A stretch of DNA of 64,000 bases from Candidatus Sericytochromatia bacterium (GCA_036676985.1 JAKFBU010000073.1:1-64000); one strand, 5' to 3'; shown: positions 9,089-20,107, numbered from the stretch's first letter. Notes: a model not told the origin generated them from the letters alone. Program-made: numbers and translations.

Positions 9089-10267
9089 TTAGAACCGGAA
9101 CTGGGCTCCGAACTTGAGGCTGGTCTCAGGACGGTTGAAGCCCGGCCCGGCCTGGTGGTTGATTTCGGTGAAGAGAGCTGCGTTCGCCTTTTCGGCCGTC
9201 ACCCGGCCGGCGGCATAGGTACTCCAGTCCTGGCCGGGAAGCTTGAGAGCCCCGGCTTCGAGGCCTCCGCGGACGGTGAAGCCGCCCACCTGCTCGCCAA
9301 TCGCGTCCGACTGCCAGCGGCCGTAGGCCCGACCGCCATCCCCGGCGGGGGACCAGAGGTAATCGGCGCCGAGTGCCACGGTGGAGTGGGGTAGGCGCTT
9401 GTTCACGAAGCCGCCCGCCGCCCGCAAGTCGTCCTCCTGGGAATAGCGAAGGCCGGCCTCGGTGGTCGGATCCTGGTAGGCCGCCTGGACGTTGGCCCGG
9501 ATGCCCTCGGGGCCGTTCCGGTAGAGGCCCGCTGCTTGAAGCGCGCCATCCTTGCCGACCCGTGCGGCCAGGGCCCCGGCCACGGTGGTAGAGTCCTCGG
9601 TCACGACGCCGGCGATCGCCCCTTGAACCCGCGGAGAGCTGACGGTGAGGGCACCGGCCGCCATGTCCCTATTTGCGGCCACCGTCCCGAGCACCCGGGC
9701 GTCACCAACGGTGGCGGCAACATTCGCCTGGCCCGACACGCCCGTAGCATCGGCGCGAACCGAGCCCTCGGCGACGACCTTCGGCGACGCCACCCTGGCC
9801 CCCACCGTTGCTGCCAGGCCGTTCGGCGAGTTGGTGACCGCCGCGGCACCGGACACCAGGGTATCGCCCGTGCGGGCATCCATCCGGGCACCGACGGAGG
9901 GTTGTCCGTTTACCGTGGTGCTACCCACGGCTCCCACCACCTGGCCCTGCTGGAGGGTCATGCCGGGGTAGGGCACGAGGGGGTGATCGACAGGGTTCGG
10001 CGGGAACGCAGCGGGCTGTGGGCCGAGGTAGGTCGTAGAGGAGGACTGGACGGTCGGCTTGGGGCTGAAGAGGCGGCGCAGCCACCCCGCGAAGGCCGCG
10101 AGCATGGCCTGGATCGCGACAGCCAGTTGCTGAAAGGCGCTCGTCCCGGGGACAGGTTGCGGAGCGGTGGGCGCCACCGACTGGGGCGAGCCGCGACCGG
10201 CCTTCACGGGCGTCGCGGAGCGGCGGGTCGCGGGGGCGTATGGGCGGTTTCCAGCGAATGCGATCAT
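9089..10267 (-). CDS. hypothetical Gly/Ala/Val-rich beta-strand protein, possible beta-barrel
   Basis: RBS ggagg, alternating beta pattern, ends FGAQFRF; no classical signal peptide. Confidence 0.65.
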   Translation of the reverse strand: MIAFAGNRPYAPATRRSATPVKAGRGSPQSVAPTAPQPVPGTSAFQQLAVAIQAMLAAFAGWLRRLFSPKPTVQSSSTTYLGPQPAAFPPNPVDHPLVPYPGMTLQQGQVVGAVGSTTVNGQPSVGARMDARTGDTLVSGAAAVTNSPNGLAATVGARVASPKVVAEGSVRADATGVSGQANVAATVGDARVLGTVAANRDMAAGALTVSSPRVQGAIAGVVTEDSTTVAGALAARVGKDGALQAAGLYRNGPEGIRANVQAAYQDPTTEAGLRYSQEDDLRAAGGFVNKRLPHSTVALGADYLWSPAGDGGRAYGRWQSDAIGEQVGGFTVRGGLEAGALKLPGQDWSTYAAGRVTAEKANAALFTEINHQAGPGFNRPETSLKFGAQFRF

Positions 10268-10425
10268 GGCGAGCCTCCAGGACGGGTACTCGCCTTATGG
10301 GCGTCAAGATCGCGTCATTGGGTAAACCGGTCGCTAACGTTGAATTAAGCTTGCATCCAAGATTCCGGTGCGTGAGCCAAGAGGGCGTCAGGCCCTGTCG
10401 AGCGCGTGCAAAGTAGCGACGAGTC

Positions 10426-10627
10426 GGCACTCCCGTCACCCTCGCGAAAGCGGGGGTCCATCGCAACGGCCTACGGACGCCTCCACTTTTGGGGGTGTGA
10501 TTCGAGTCAGGCCCTTTGCGACAGGAGCCAATGCCCTGCGAGTGCCGGCTCTGGCCCCCCGCTTCCGCGAGGGTGACGAAGTCGTTACTCGCGCCTAGAA
10601 AATGCTTGCAACGAGGGTGACGAAGTC
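10426..10627. repeat. REP-like cluster (family A)
   Basis: gtcaccctcgcgaaagcgggggtcca (10435-10460), an inverted copy at 10552-10577 and a partial third copy near 10610-10627. Confidence 0.75.
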
Positions 10628-10652
10628 GTTGCTCGCGTCAAGCAAACGCTCG

Positions 10653-12104
10653 CTACGACGATGGCATCAAGAGCGGGTGACGCCGCAGCGCCTGCCGATC
10701 GACCTTGCCGCTACCCAGCCGCGGCAGGGCCTCGATGACGATGACCCGACGCGGGACCTTGTACCGAGCCAGTCGCTGGGCCACGAAGGCCTGCAACTCG
10801 GTCTCGGCGGGCGCCTCGCCGTGAGACGCCACGAAGGCCACCGGCACCTGGCCCCAGCGGACATCGTCCGCCCCCACGACCGCCGATTCATAGACAAGGG
10901 GATGCTGGTCGAGGATGCGCTCGATCTCCGACGGATAAACGTTTTCCCCGCCCGAGATAATGAGATCCGAGCGCCGCGACAGCATGTGCAGGCATCCGCG
11001 CTCATCCAGAAACCCGTGGTCGCCGGTCCTCAGCCACCCGTCCGACAACGCGGCCGCCGTCGCCTCGGGTTCCTTGAGATAGCCCTGGAAGACGGTCGGG
11101 CTCCGCACCTCGATCATGCCGGCGACGCCCATGGGCAACGCCCGCCGTGCCTCGTCGACGATGCGCACATCGGTCCCGTACAGGGGCGTGCCGGAAGAGG
11201 CTCGGTCCACGGAGTCCGCCCCCGGGCGCAGCAGCGTGATGTGGGAGCAGGCCTCGGTCATGCCATACGTGGGCAGGGCCACCGGGCAGCGCTCGATGAG
11301 GTCCGGAGGGATAGGCGCCCCGCCGACCAGTATGGCGCGCACCGAGGCGGGCAGCGGGCGATCGCCCCACAGATCCAGCATGCGGCGCAGCATGGCCGGC
11401 ACCACCGAGAGCACCGTGACGCCCTCGTGCTCCATGGAGGCGAGCACGGCCTCCGGGTCGAAGCGCTCGTGGAGGATCACCGTCGCCCGGGCGAGCGCGC
11501 ACCGGTGCAGGATGTTGAGGCCGCCCACGTGGAAGAGCGGCATGGCCACCAGCCAGCGATCGCGCTCCGTGAGCCCGAGGGCCGCCGTCGAGGCCGTGGC
11601 GCTCGCGAGTTGGTTGCCCCAGGTCAGCAGCGCGCCCTTGGGACGACCGGTGGTGCCCGAGGTGAAGAAGATGGTGTGTACCTTGCCGGGATCCAGGCCG
11701 TCTCCCACCGCGGGGTCGGCATCGTCTGCAAAGGACTCTGCCAACGGCACCATGCGCAGGTGCTCGCGCACCGGACGCTCGAGCCGCGATGCGTCGGCGA
11801 GGATGACCACAGCCTCGGCCCGCTCGGCCTGCCAGCAGACCTCCTCGTCGGCGAGCCGGAGATTCAGGGGCAAGAGGACGGCCCCGATGCGTCCGACGGC
11901 GTGGGCGATCGCCACGTAATCAGGCCCGTTGGCGGCCCAGATGCCCACCACCTGTCCCGGCTCGACGCCGAGCCGTAGCAGCCCGGAAGCCGCCCGGATC
12001 ACGCGATCGTCGAGGGCTTCGTAGGTCGTCAGCTGTCCCTTGTAGAGAAGAGCGGGCTGCTGCGGGGCCAGGCGGCGGGCACTGGCCGTGGGCGCGCTCA
12101 GCAT
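10653..12104 (-). CDS. menE: o-succinylbenzoate-CoA ligase
   Basis: FTSGTTGRPKG, PLFHVGGL, YGMTE and ISGGENVYP motifs; last gene of the men operon. Confidence 0.92.
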   Translation of the reverse strand: MLSAPTASARRLAPQQPALLYKGQLTTYEALDDRVIRAASGLLRLGVEPGQVVGIWAANGPDYVAIAHAVGRIGAVLLPLNLRLADEEVCWQAERAEAVVILADASRLERPVREHLRMVPLAESFADDADPAVGDGLDPGKVHTIFFTSGTTGRPKGALLTWGNQLASATASTAALGLTERDRWLVAMPLFHVGGLNILHRCALARATVILHERFDPEAVLASMEHEGVTVLSVVPAMLRRMLDLWGDRPLPASVRAILVGGAPIPPDLIERCPVALPTYGMTEACSHITLLRPGADSVDRASSGTPLYGTDVRIVDEARRALPMGVAGMIEVRSPTVFQGYLKEPEATAAALSDGWLRTGDHGFLDERGCLHMLSRRSDLIISGGENVYPSEIERILDQHPLVYESAVVGADDVRWGQVPVAFVASHGEAPAETELQAFVAQRLARYKVPRRVIVIEALPRLGSGKVDRQALRRHPLLMPSS

Positions 12105-13171
12105 GGCCGGACGCCGAGGCCCGGTCCCTCCGGCAGGGCCATGGCCCCGTTGATGACCGGCAACGCGGCCTGGCGATCCTCGAACAAACCCAGGGTTGCG
12201 AGGCCACAGGGCTCGGGCTCGCCGGGCAGCGAGCAGGCCAGGTGCAGGGCCCCCGCCACGCCGACTTCGAGGTCCAAGGAAGACGTCACGATGACGCGCA
12301 GGCCCTTGTCGTGCGCCTCTGTGGCGAGCTTCCGGGCAACCCCCAGGCCACCGAGCACCATGGGCTTGAGGACGAGCGCGTCCACCGCATGGCGCGCGAT
12401 CAGCGTCCGGGCCACCTCCGGCTGGACGAGGGCCTCGTCCGCGGCGATGGCGACGCCGCGATCGCGCAGCGCCGCGAAGCACGATGGCTCCGCCGTGGAG
12501 ATGGGCTGCTCGAACAGGTCGATGCCCAGGGCCGCGAAGGCATCGACGACGAGCATGGCCTCCGTGGGGCTCCAGGCTCCGTTGGCATCTAGCCGGATGC
12601 GCACGTGGTTGCCCACGGCCGCCCGGACTGTCCGCACGCGTTCGAAGTCCTGGGCGAGGGATCCCACGCCCACCTTGAGCTTGAGGGTGGAATAGCCCGC
12701 GCCGACCATGGTCATGGCCTCGGTGGCAAGGGCCTCCAGATCCATCTCGACGAGCAGGCGCTGCACCGGCTGCCGATCGTGCGCCGTAGCCGAGAGGTAG
12801 TGCGCGAGGGGCACGCCGCGGCCGCGCGCCGCGCGATCCAGGAGTGCCAGCTCCAGGCCCGCATACGTGCTCGGATGCTCGGAAGGCGTCAGGCCCGCCG
12901 CCGCGAGCACCCGGGTCAGTGCCGCCCAGTCGTCCGACTCGGGGAGGCGCAAGCCTTCGGCCACCAGGCGCTCCAGGCAGGCCTCGGCAGCCTCCGCCTC
13001 CTCGGTGCCGAACTCGGTGAGGGGCGCCACCTCTCCGAAGCCCTCCCGTCCCGCATCGTCGGACAGCGAGACGAACCAGCCGCGCCGAGTCCGGTAGGTG
13101 GCCCGGGCGGTCACGAGGGGCTTGCGGAAGGCGACCTCGTAGGGGGTCGCGACGACGCGCAACCCGGTCAT
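12098..13171 (-). CDS. menC: o-succinylbenzoate synthase
   Basis: Enolase-superfamily KLKVG, RLDANGAW, EQP, ADE and LKPM motifs; men operon context. Confidence 0.9.
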   Translation of the reverse strand: MTGLRVVATPYEVAFRKPLVTARATYRTRRGWFVSLSDDAGREGFGEVAPLTEFGTEEAEAAEACLERLVAEGLRLPESDDWAALTRVLAAAGLTPSEHPSTYAGLELALLDRAARGRGVPLAHYLSATAHDRQPVQRLLVEMDLEALATEAMTMVGAGYSTLKLKVGVGSLAQDFERVRTVRAAVGNHVRIRLDANGAWSPTEAMLVVDAFAALGIDLFEQPISTAEPSCFAALRDRGVAIAADEALVQPEVARTLIARHAVDALVLKPMVLGGLGVARKLATEAHDKGLRVIVTSSLDLEVGVAGALHLACSLPGEPEPCGLATLGLFEDRQAALPVINGAMALPEGPGLGVRPC

Positions 13172-14067
13172 CGCATGAGCCCGAGGGCGAAGAGGATGCC
13201 GAAGAACAAGAGCAGCTTGCCCGTGCCGGCGAGCGTCTTGTTGAGGGCGGGGCCCGACTCCGTGAGCATGGAGCGCATGAGCTTGAAGGCCAAGGGCAGC
13301 GTGACCAGGGTCAAGAGCGCATACTTGCTCAGCTGCCCCGTTACCACGAGGCCCACGGGCACCAGGTAGGCGCCGAAGACGCACACGGCGTACTCGAGCT
13401 TGGCGAAGCGCTCTCCGAACCGGGCGGCCAGCGTGCGCTTGCCGGCCTTGCGGTCGGTCTGGATGTCGCGATAGTTGTTCACCGCGAGGATGGCCGTGGA
13501 CAAGAGGCCCACCGGCAAGGCCACCCACCAGCCCATGGGCGTGACGGCATGCGCCTGCACGAAGTACGTGCCGAGCACGGCCACGAAGCCGAAGAAGAGA
13601 AGGACGAACACCTCGCCCAGGCCGTTGTAGCCGAGCGGGAAGGGACCGCCCGTGTAGGCGATGCCCGAGAGGATGGACAGCACGCCGATGGCGACGATGG
13701 GCCAGCCGCCCACCGTCACGAGGTAGAGGCCCACGAGCGTCGCAAGAGCGAAGGCGACGGCCGTTGCCACCAACGTCTGCTTGGGCGTCACGAGGCCCGC
13801 CTGCGTCACGCGGGTCGGGCCCATGCGCTCCTCGGTGTCGGCGCCCTGGACGAAGTCGAAGTAGTCGTTGGCGAAGTTGGTGCCGATCTGGATGAGCAGG
13901 GCGCCCAGCACCGCGGCGAGGAAGGGGCCGGGGGCGAAGAGGCGATCGCCGTAGGCGAGCGCTCCGCCCACCAGCACCGGCACGATCGCCGCCGGCAGGG
14001 TCTTGGGGCGAGAGGCCAGGAGCCAGACTTGGAGCTTGGAAGGGGCGACCGCGGTACTCATCGACAC
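13168..14067 (-). CDS. menA: 1,4-dihydroxy-2-naphthoate prenyltransferase
   Basis: RPKTL, QIGTNFANDYFD and NNYRDI..D...GKRTLA motifs. Confidence 0.95.
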   Translation of the reverse strand: MSMSTAVAPSKLQVWLLASRPKTLPAAIVPVLVGGALAYGDRLFAPGPFLAAVLGALLIQIGTNFANDYFDFVQGADTEERMGPTRVTQAGLVTPKQTLVATAVAFALATLVGLYLVTVGGWPIVAIGVLSILSGIAYTGGPFPLGYNGLGEVFVLLFFGFVAVLGTYFVQAHAVTPMGWWVALPVGLLSTAILAVNNYRDIQTDRKAGKRTLAARFGERFAKLEYAVCVFGAYLVPVGLVVTGQLSKYALLTLVTLPLAFKLMRSMLTESGPALNKTLAGTGKLLLFFGILFALGLMR

Positions 14068-14119
14068 AGGTTCCTAAGAGCCCCCTCCCCCGAAACGGCC
14101 GGAGGAGGGGGAAAGCGGG

Positions 14120-14953
14120 TTACGGACGGCGCGGGAAGCGCGTGAAGTTGGGCTTGCGCTTCTCCACGTACGCATTGCGACCCTCCTGGGCTTCCTCCGA
14201 CATGTAGTAGAGCAAGGTGGCGTTACCCGCAAGCTCCTGGATGCCCGCCTGACCGTCGAGGTCGGCGTTGAAGGCGCTCTTGAGCAGGCGCAGCGAGAGC
14301 GGGCTGTGCTGCAGCATCTCGCGGCACCATTGCACCGTCTCCTCTTCCAGGCGCTCGAGGGGAACCACCGTGTTGACGAGGCCCATGTCCAGCGCCTGCT
14401 GCGCATCGTACTGGCGGCACAGGTACCAGATCTCGCGGGCCTTCTTCTGGCCGACGATGGAGGCGAGGTAGCTCGCGCCGAAGCCGCCGTCGAAGCTGCC
14501 CACGCGGGGACCGGTCTGCCCGAAGCGGGCGTTGTCCGCCGCGATCGTCAGGTCGCAAACCAGGTGCAGCACGTGGCCGCCGCCGATGGCGTAGCCCGCC
14601 ACCATGGCCACCACGGGCTTGGGCAGCGAGCGGATCTTCTTCTGGAGGTCGAGCACGTTCAGGCGGGGCACGCCGTCGAAGCCGACGTAGCCCTCGTTGC
14701 CGCGGACGCGCTGGTCGCCGCCCGAGCAGAAGGCGAGGGGGCCCTCACCCGTCAGGATGATGACGCCAACCGCCGGATCCTCATGGGCGTCGTTGAACGC
14801 CGAGGTCAGCTCGAACAGGGTCTGCGGGCGGAAGGCGTTGCGGACCTCGGGACGGTTGATGGTGATCTTGGCGATCCCCTCGGCCTTCTCGTACTTGATG
14901 TCCGTGAAGTCCTGAACCTTCACCCACTGGGGCAGGGCGGCAACCTCCATCAT
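14120..14953 (-). CDS. menB: 1,4-dihydroxy-2-naphthoyl-CoA synthase
   Basis: [23 protein letters not shown] and GQKKAREIW motifs; RBS aggag. Confidence 0.97.
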   Translation of the reverse strand: MMEVAALPQWVKVQDFTDIKYEKAEGIAKITINRPEVRNAFRPQTLFELTSAFNDAHEDPAVGVIILTGEGPLAFCSGGDQRVRGNEGYVGFDGVPRLNVLDLQKKIRSLPKPVVAMVAGYAIGGGHVLHLVCDLTIAADNARFGQTGPRVGSFDGGFGASYLASIVGQKKAREIWYLCRQYDAQQALDMGLVNTVVPLERLEEETVQWCREMLQHSPLSLRLLKSAFNADLDGQAGIQELAGNATLLYYMSEEAQEGRNAYVEKRKPNFTRFPRRP

Positions 14954-14966
14954 GGTGTGTCTCCTC

Positions 14967-15812
14967 CTAAGTAGACGAGGACGCCAGCGGCGCCTCGGCA
15001 ATGAACGCGGAAATGAGCGCCGAGAGTTCCTCGGGGCGCTCGAAGGGAACGGAATGGCCGCAGCCGGGCACCACCTCCAGGCGGCCCTGCGGCAGCCTGG
15101 CGAGCATCTGCTCGTTGAGGGCCCGGAACTTGGCGTCGTGCTCTCCGACCACCAGCAGGGTCGGCGTGTCGAGGCCCTCGAGGGCCTCCAAGAGGTAAGG
15201 CTGTCCCCCGGTCCCCATGGTGACGAGTGCTGCCGCAAGCTCGACCGGGTCCTGGCCGGAGCGGCCAGAGTTCAGCCGCGCGAGACGCTCGGGGTCCGTG
15301 CCGCGCAGGGAGTCGAAGAGGGGCTGTGCCATCCAGCGCTCCAGGAAGGCCTCCGTGCCCTCTGCCACCAGCCGCTGAGCAAGCTCCGCATCCGACTGTA
15401 CTCGGGCCTGGCGCTCCTCGACGGTGGCAAGGCCGGTCGAAGCACCGATCAAGACGAGCCCGTCCAGCCCGAACACCGGCCGCAAGGCGAGCTGCAGGGC
15501 GAGACGACCGCCCATGGAGTAGCCGACCAGGTGCGCCCGCGTGAGGCCGACCTCTTGCAGGGCCTCTTCCAGGGAGTCGACCACCCGCGTGAAGGACCAG
15601 TCCGACACGGGCTCGGGCGACCAGCTGTCGCCGTGCCCCGGCAGGTCCGGTGCCACGCAGTAGTAGCGATCGCTCAGGCGCTCCGCCACCTCGGCCCACG
15701 AGGCACCGTCCCACGTGAAGCCATGCAGGAACACGAGAGGGGGATGATCGGGATTTCCCCAGGTCTGGATCTGCCAGACGAGGCGGCCCGCGATGATGCG
15801 GTAGGTGGTCAC
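14967..15812 (-). CDS. menH: SHCHC synthase (alpha/beta hydrolase)
   Basis: LHGF, GYSMGGR, W..QPLF and G..D.KF motifs. Confidence 0.9.
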   Translation of the reverse strand: MTTYRIIAGRLVWQIQTWGNPDHPPLVFLHGFTWDGASWAEVAERLSDRYYCVAPDLPGHGDSWSPEPVSDWSFTRVVDSLEEALQEVGLTRAHLVGYSMGGRLALQLALRPVFGLDGLVLIGASTGLATVEERQARVQSDAELAQRLVAEGTEAFLERWMAQPLFDSLRGTDPERLARLNSGRSGQDPVELAAALVTMGTGGQPYLLEALEGLDTPTLLVVGEHDAKFRALNEQMLARLPQGRLEVVPGCGHSVPFERPEELSALISAFIAEAPLASSST

Positions 15813-17566
15813 AGCAGGGCCTCCTGGGCCAGCGCCCGCTCCGCGGCTTCGGTCATGGCCTTCATCAGGGACTTGTAGGCGACCGTCTGGGCCTCACGCT
15901 CCGTGGGCACCTCGAGGACGAGCGGTCTTTCCAGGCTCTCCATCCGGGCCACCACCGCCTCGACCTCCTCGGGCGTCCGGGCCACCGCGTGGTCGAAGCC
16001 GAACATGCGGGCCGCCGCCTCGAAGCCGAGGCCATGCGGCGTGCCCCAGTAGGGCTCGAAGATGTCCCGGCACTGGGAGATGGCCAGGTGCGAGAAGATG
16101 CCGCCGCCGTCGTTGTTCAGGACCAGGGCGATGAAGGGCGCCTTGAGGTGGCGCGCGCCGATGAGCCCGCCCAGGTCGTGCAGGAAGGCCACGTCGCCCG
16201 TGACGAGCAGGGTCGGACGCTCGAAGCCCGTCGCGATGCCGAGGGCGGTCGAGGTGATGCCGTCGATGCCGTTGGCGCCCCGACTCACGAGCACCTGCAG
16301 GTCCGGGGCGGCCACGTCACACAGGGAGTCCGCGAACCGGATGGGCATGCTGTTGGACAGGAAGGCCACGCCACCCCGGGGCAAGGCCCCGAACGCCGCC
16401 CGCACCGCAAGGGCCTCGACGGCCTCGGGGTCACCGGTCGAAACGGCCGCGCTCGCGGCCTCGTCCGCCCGCTGGAAGCGCTCGAGCCAGTCATGGCTCT
16501 CGCCCTGCGCCGGCAGGTAGCCGCACAGGCGCATGAGCGTCTCCTCCACGTCCCCCTGGAGGGTCGTGGTGACGAGCGCCTCGGGGTCATGCCGTGTGAA
16601 GTCGGGCTGCAGCGCGATGACCTCGGGGGCGGTGCGGGCGAGGTACGCATTGAGGGTCGCAGAGGTCGGCAGGCCGCCGACGCGCAAGACGACCTCGGGC
16701 GAAAGCCCGGACAGCGCCTCCGAGCGCAGCGTCGCCTCGTAGTGCGCGCAGACCACCGCCCCGCCCGCGTCGCGGAAGCGCAGGCCGCTCGCCACGTCCG
16801 CGAGGATGGGATAGCCGAGACGCCGCCCGAGCTCTAGGATCCAGGGGGCTGCTTCCGCGTCGTCCTGCGGGCCGGCCACGATGAGGCCGCGCGGCAGCTT
16901 GGCGAGGCGCCGCGCCAGGTCGCTCGCCGCCCGCTCGTCGGGGCAGACCCGCCCGCGCGTCACGCGGGGGAACGCGCCTTCCATGGCCTGGGCCAGGGTC
17001 GGCAGTGCCGCATCTCCCGACGGCAGAGGCGGCAAGGGGTCCGCGAAGGGCACGTTGAGCTGCACGGGCCCCTGGGGGTGGCTCGTGGCGAGGGCGCAGG
17101 CCTGAGCAACGCTCGCGGCCAGGCGCCGGAGGGCCAGTAACGAGGTCTCTGGCAGCGGCGTCTCGGCGTAGTGCCGGACGTAGGGGCCGAACATGCGGAC
17201 CTGGTCGACGGTCTGGGGGGCACCCGAGCCGCGCAGGCCGAGGGGACGGTCGGCGCTCAGGACGATGAGCGGTACTCCCGTCAAGGAGGCCTCGATGAGC
17301 GCGGGGTAGTAGTTGGCGGCAGCGGTGCCCGAGGTGCAGACGAGGGCGACGGGCTGGCCGGTGGACTTGGCGAGGCCGAGCGCGAAGAAGGCGGCGGCTC
17401 GCTCGTCGAGATGGACCAGGGGGCGGATGCCGGGGTGGGCATCGACGGCGTAGGCGAGCGGGGTCGATCGGGAGCCGGGCGAGACGCAGACGTCGCGGAC
17501 GCCCGCCTCGTAGAGGGTGCCGATCAGGACCTCGGCCCACAGCGCGTTGAGGTTTGGAGCGTTCAC
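15809..17566 (-). CDS. menD: SEPHCHC synthase
   Basis: SPGSRSTPL, DERAAAF, TSGTA, RGANGIDG and GD..FLHD...NNDGGGIF motifs. The GTG start overlaps the menF stop (alternative ATG at 17575). Confidence 0.96.
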   Translation of the reverse strand: MNAPNLNALWAEVLIGTLYEAGVRDVCVSPGSRSTPLAYAVDAHPGIRPLVHLDERAAAFFALGLAKSTGQPVALVCTSGTAAANYYPALIEASLTGVPLIVLSADRPLGLRGSGAPQTVDQVRMFGPYVRHYAETPLPETSLLALRRLAASVAQACALATSHPQGPVQLNVPFADPLPPLPSGDAALPTLAQAMEGAFPRVTRGRVCPDERAASDLARRLAKLPRGLIVAGPQDDAEAAPWILELGRRLGYPILADVASGLRFRDAGGAVVCAHYEATLRSEALSGLSPEVVLRVGGLPTSATLNAYLARTAPEVIALQPDFTRHDPEALVTTTLQGDVEETLMRLCGYLPAQGESHDWLERFQRADEAASAAVSTGDPEAVEALAVRAAFGALPRGGVAFLSNSMPIRFADSLCDVAAPDLQVLVSRGANGIDGITSTALGIATGFERPTLLVTGDVAFLHDLGGLIGARHLKAPFIALVLNNDGGGIFSHLAISQCRDIFEPYWGTPHGLGFEAAARMFGFDHAVARTPEEVEAVVARMESLERPLVLEVPTEREAQTVAYKSLMKAMTEAAERALAQEALL

Positions 17567-18966
17567 GTCCTCCATCCTTCCAGCAGCCGTATGAGGCCCA
17601 GCGCCTTGCGCTCGGTCTCCTCGAACTCGGCCTCCGGGTCCGAGCCCGCCACGATGCCGCCCCCCCCGAAGGCGACCGCCCCGTCCCGGGTCACGATCGC
17701 CGACCGGATCCCGACGGCGAAATCGGCTCCAGACGGGCCGATCCAGCCAACCGCTCCAGCATACCAGCCGCGCGGCCGTTCTTCCAGTCGCCGAATCGCG
17801 AGCCGAGCCGCTTCGCGGGGTACGCCGCAGACAGCAGGCGTCGGATATAGGACCGAGAGCAGATCCGAGAGGCGAATGCCCGTGCGCAGGGTGCCCGTCA
17901 CCGGCGTGTCCAGGTGCTGAACCGTCGGGGTCTTCCGGATGATCGGCGCCTCGGGCACCACGAGGTCCTCGCAGAGCGGCTCGAGGGCCTCGCGCACGGC
18001 CTGGACCACGTAGCCCTGTTCGCGGCGGTCCTTCTCGCTCGACAGGAGCTTGTCCGCGAGTGCTGCGTCCTCGTCGGGGGTCGTGCCTCGGGCGATGGTG
18101 CCCGCCAGGCAGTCGACATGGGCCGTGCGGCCCTCCAGCCACACCAGGCGCTCGGGGGTGGCGCCCATGAAGGCCGCCTCGTCATCGAACCGGAAGCAGA
18201 AGCGGTAACCGGGGACCGTGGTGTCGAAGCGGTCCATCAGGGCCCAGGGGTCCAATGGCGCGTCCGAGGTCAGCGGAATCTGACGGGCGAGGACCACCTT
18301 CTCGAGTTGACCGAGGCCGGCCAGGGCCTGCTCGATGACGCCGACCCAGCGCGATCGCGCCTCCGGATCCTCCACCCGCCGGGCCGAGAGCGAGACCTCG
18401 CGGATGTCACGGGCGCTCTCCTGCCATGCCTCCAGGAGCTCGAAGCTCTTGGCGAACTGGTCGCTCAGGTGCTCGATGGACTGGCCGGGCTGGGCCTTGT
18501 GGACGATCGTCACCCGCGATCGCGCCGGATCCGCGAGGTCGCGGTGCAGGAGGTACTGGGGCAGGACGAAGCGCGCGGGACCGCCTGCGGGAAAGGCCGG
18601 GTGCGGCGGCGAGGTCGGATCGAAGGCGAGGCCTCCGAAGTAGCGCAGCTCCGCGCGGGTCTCGTCGTCCGCATGAATGGAGGCGAGGCGATCGCTCACC
18701 ACGTCGCACGCACCGAGCACCTCGCCGGGATCCCAGGTGACGATCTCGTCGACCGCCCCCAATCCGAGCCACTCTCGGTCCACCTCGGCCCAGCCCACCT
18801 GCGGAAACACCCGGGCCACCCGGGCCAGGCGGGTGCGCTCGCCGAACTGGAGCGATCGCGAGACGGCCACCACGACGCCCTCTCCGTTTCGCGCGGCCGT
18901 TTCGAGGGCCGTTCGAAGCGTTTGGGGCCATGCCGGCAGAAGACTTGGTTTGCTGCTCGTCCGCAA
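17563..18966 (-). CDS. menF: isochorismate synthase
   Basis: KVVLAR, GATPERL, LAGT, PTPAVCG, RGWYAG and F.VGIRS motifs; probable TTG start after aggag. Confidence 0.92.
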   Translation of the reverse strand: MRTSSKPSLLPAWPQTLRTALETAARNGEGVVVAVSRSLQFGERTRLARVARVFPQVGWAEVDREWLGLGAVDEIVTWDPGEVLGACDVVSDRLASIHADDETRAELRYFGGLAFDPTSPPHPAFPAGGPARFVLPQYLLHRDLADPARSRVTIVHKAQPGQSIEHLSDQFAKSFELLEAWQESARDIREVSLSARRVEDPEARSRWVGVIEQALAGLGQLEKVVLARQIPLTSDAPLDPWALMDRFDTTVPGYRFCFRFDDEAAFMGATPERLVWLEGRTAHVDCLAGTIARGTTPDEDAALADKLLSSEKDRREQGYVVQAVREALEPLCEDLVVPEAPIIRKTPTVQHLDTPVTGTLRTGIRLSDLLSVLYPTPAVCGVPREAARLAIRRLEERPRGWYAGAVGWIGPSGADFAVGIRSAIVTRDGAVAFGGGGIVAGSDPEAEFEETERKALGLIRLLEGWRT

Positions 18967-19123
18967 GCAAGGACTCCTGTCACTTTGAGCGACCCGACAC
19001 CCCTCAAATATCGCATATTTTTCGGATTTCAAAAAGATTTGAAAGTTGGTAATCTGCATGTTAAGCTGGTCTGGAATGGGCGAACAGACTTGATTTCGCT
19101 CGATCGTCCTAAGGAGGTCCCCC

Positions 19124-20107
19124 GTGCTCATCAAGCTCTTAGACCGCACGGAGGCTACACGTTTGAAGTCCTGGCTCACCCGTCACGGGCACGCGAGCCG
19201 CGTGCTGGACGGCGGCAGCCTGATCCTGGTGGACGATCCCTTCGTGCCTTTCCACGTGCGCCAGGCGCTCGGCGAGGACCCGGCGGTGGCGTCCGTCGAG
19301 CTGACCCGCGAGGAGCCCAAGCGCGCTCTTCGGCACAGCAGCGACGATGCGCTCTGGCCCTTCCCCGGCAAGATGCCGGACATCGTCGCGGGTCCCTGCT
19401 CCATCGAGAGCGCGGCCGTCGCGGACGAGACCGCGCACTTCCTCTCGACCCTGAACATCCAGTGGATGCGCGGCGGCACCCACAAGGTCCGCACCTCGCC
19501 CTACGAGTTCCAGGGTGCGGGGCTGCAGGCGGCCGAGTGGCTGCGGGAGGCCTGCGATCGCCACGGCCTCATGGCCATCAGCGAGGTGGTCGACTCCGAG
19601 GACATGGAAGAGGTCGCTAGCCTCCTGGACATCCTCCAGGTGGGCGCGCGCCAGATGCACAACCCGCACTTCCTGCAGCGGGTGGCCTCGGTCGGCAAGC
19701 CCGTGCTCTTGAAGCGCGGCCTCTCGGCCACGCCCGCCGAGTGGCTGTGGGCGGCCGAGTACCTCTTGATCGCCGGCGCTCCGCACATCCTCTTCTGCGA
19801 GCGGGGCATCCGGACGCCCAACCCCCTGAAACGCTTCACCCTCGACCTCGGCGCCATCCCCTTCATCCGGGAGATGAGCCCGTTCCCCATCTACGTGGAC
19901 CCGAGCCACGCCGCAGGCTCCAGCCCCTACGTCCTGCCCCTCGCCCTGGGGGCGATGGCGGCCGGTGCGCACGGGCTATTGGTCGAGTGCCACCCCGATC
20001 CGGCCTGCGCCCGCAGCGACGCGACCCAAGCCCTCGATTTTCCCGCCCTCGCCGAGCTGGTTCGGCGGGTGCGTCAGCTCAACCTCCAGGAGGTAGCCAT
20101 CCGATGA
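19124..20107 (+). CDS. aroF: DAHP synthase, type I-beta, with short N-terminal regulatory domain
   Basis: AGPCSIES, RGG..K.RTSPY.FQG, LLKRG, CERGIRT and DPSH motifs. Confidence 0.85.
   Translation: MLIKLLDRTEATRLKSWLTRHGHASRVLDGGSLILVDDPFVPFHVRQALGEDPAVASVELTREEPKRALRHSSDDALWPFPGKMPDIVAGPCSIESAAVADETAHFLSTLNIQWMRGGTHKVRTSPYEFQGAGLQAAEWLREACDRHGLMAISEVVDSEDMEEVASLLDILQVGARQMHNPHFLQRVASVGKPVLLKRGLSATPAEWLWAAEYLLIAGAPHILFCERGIRTPNPLKRFTLDLGAIPFIREMSPFPIYVDPSHAAGSSPYVLPLALGAMAAGAHGLLVECHPDPACARSDATQALDFPALAELVRRVRQLNLQEVAIR

Noticed and set aside
14078-14111. Hairpin between menB and menA
   Set aside because: An imperfect stem with no U-tract; probably an mRNA-stability element and not enough to call a terminator.
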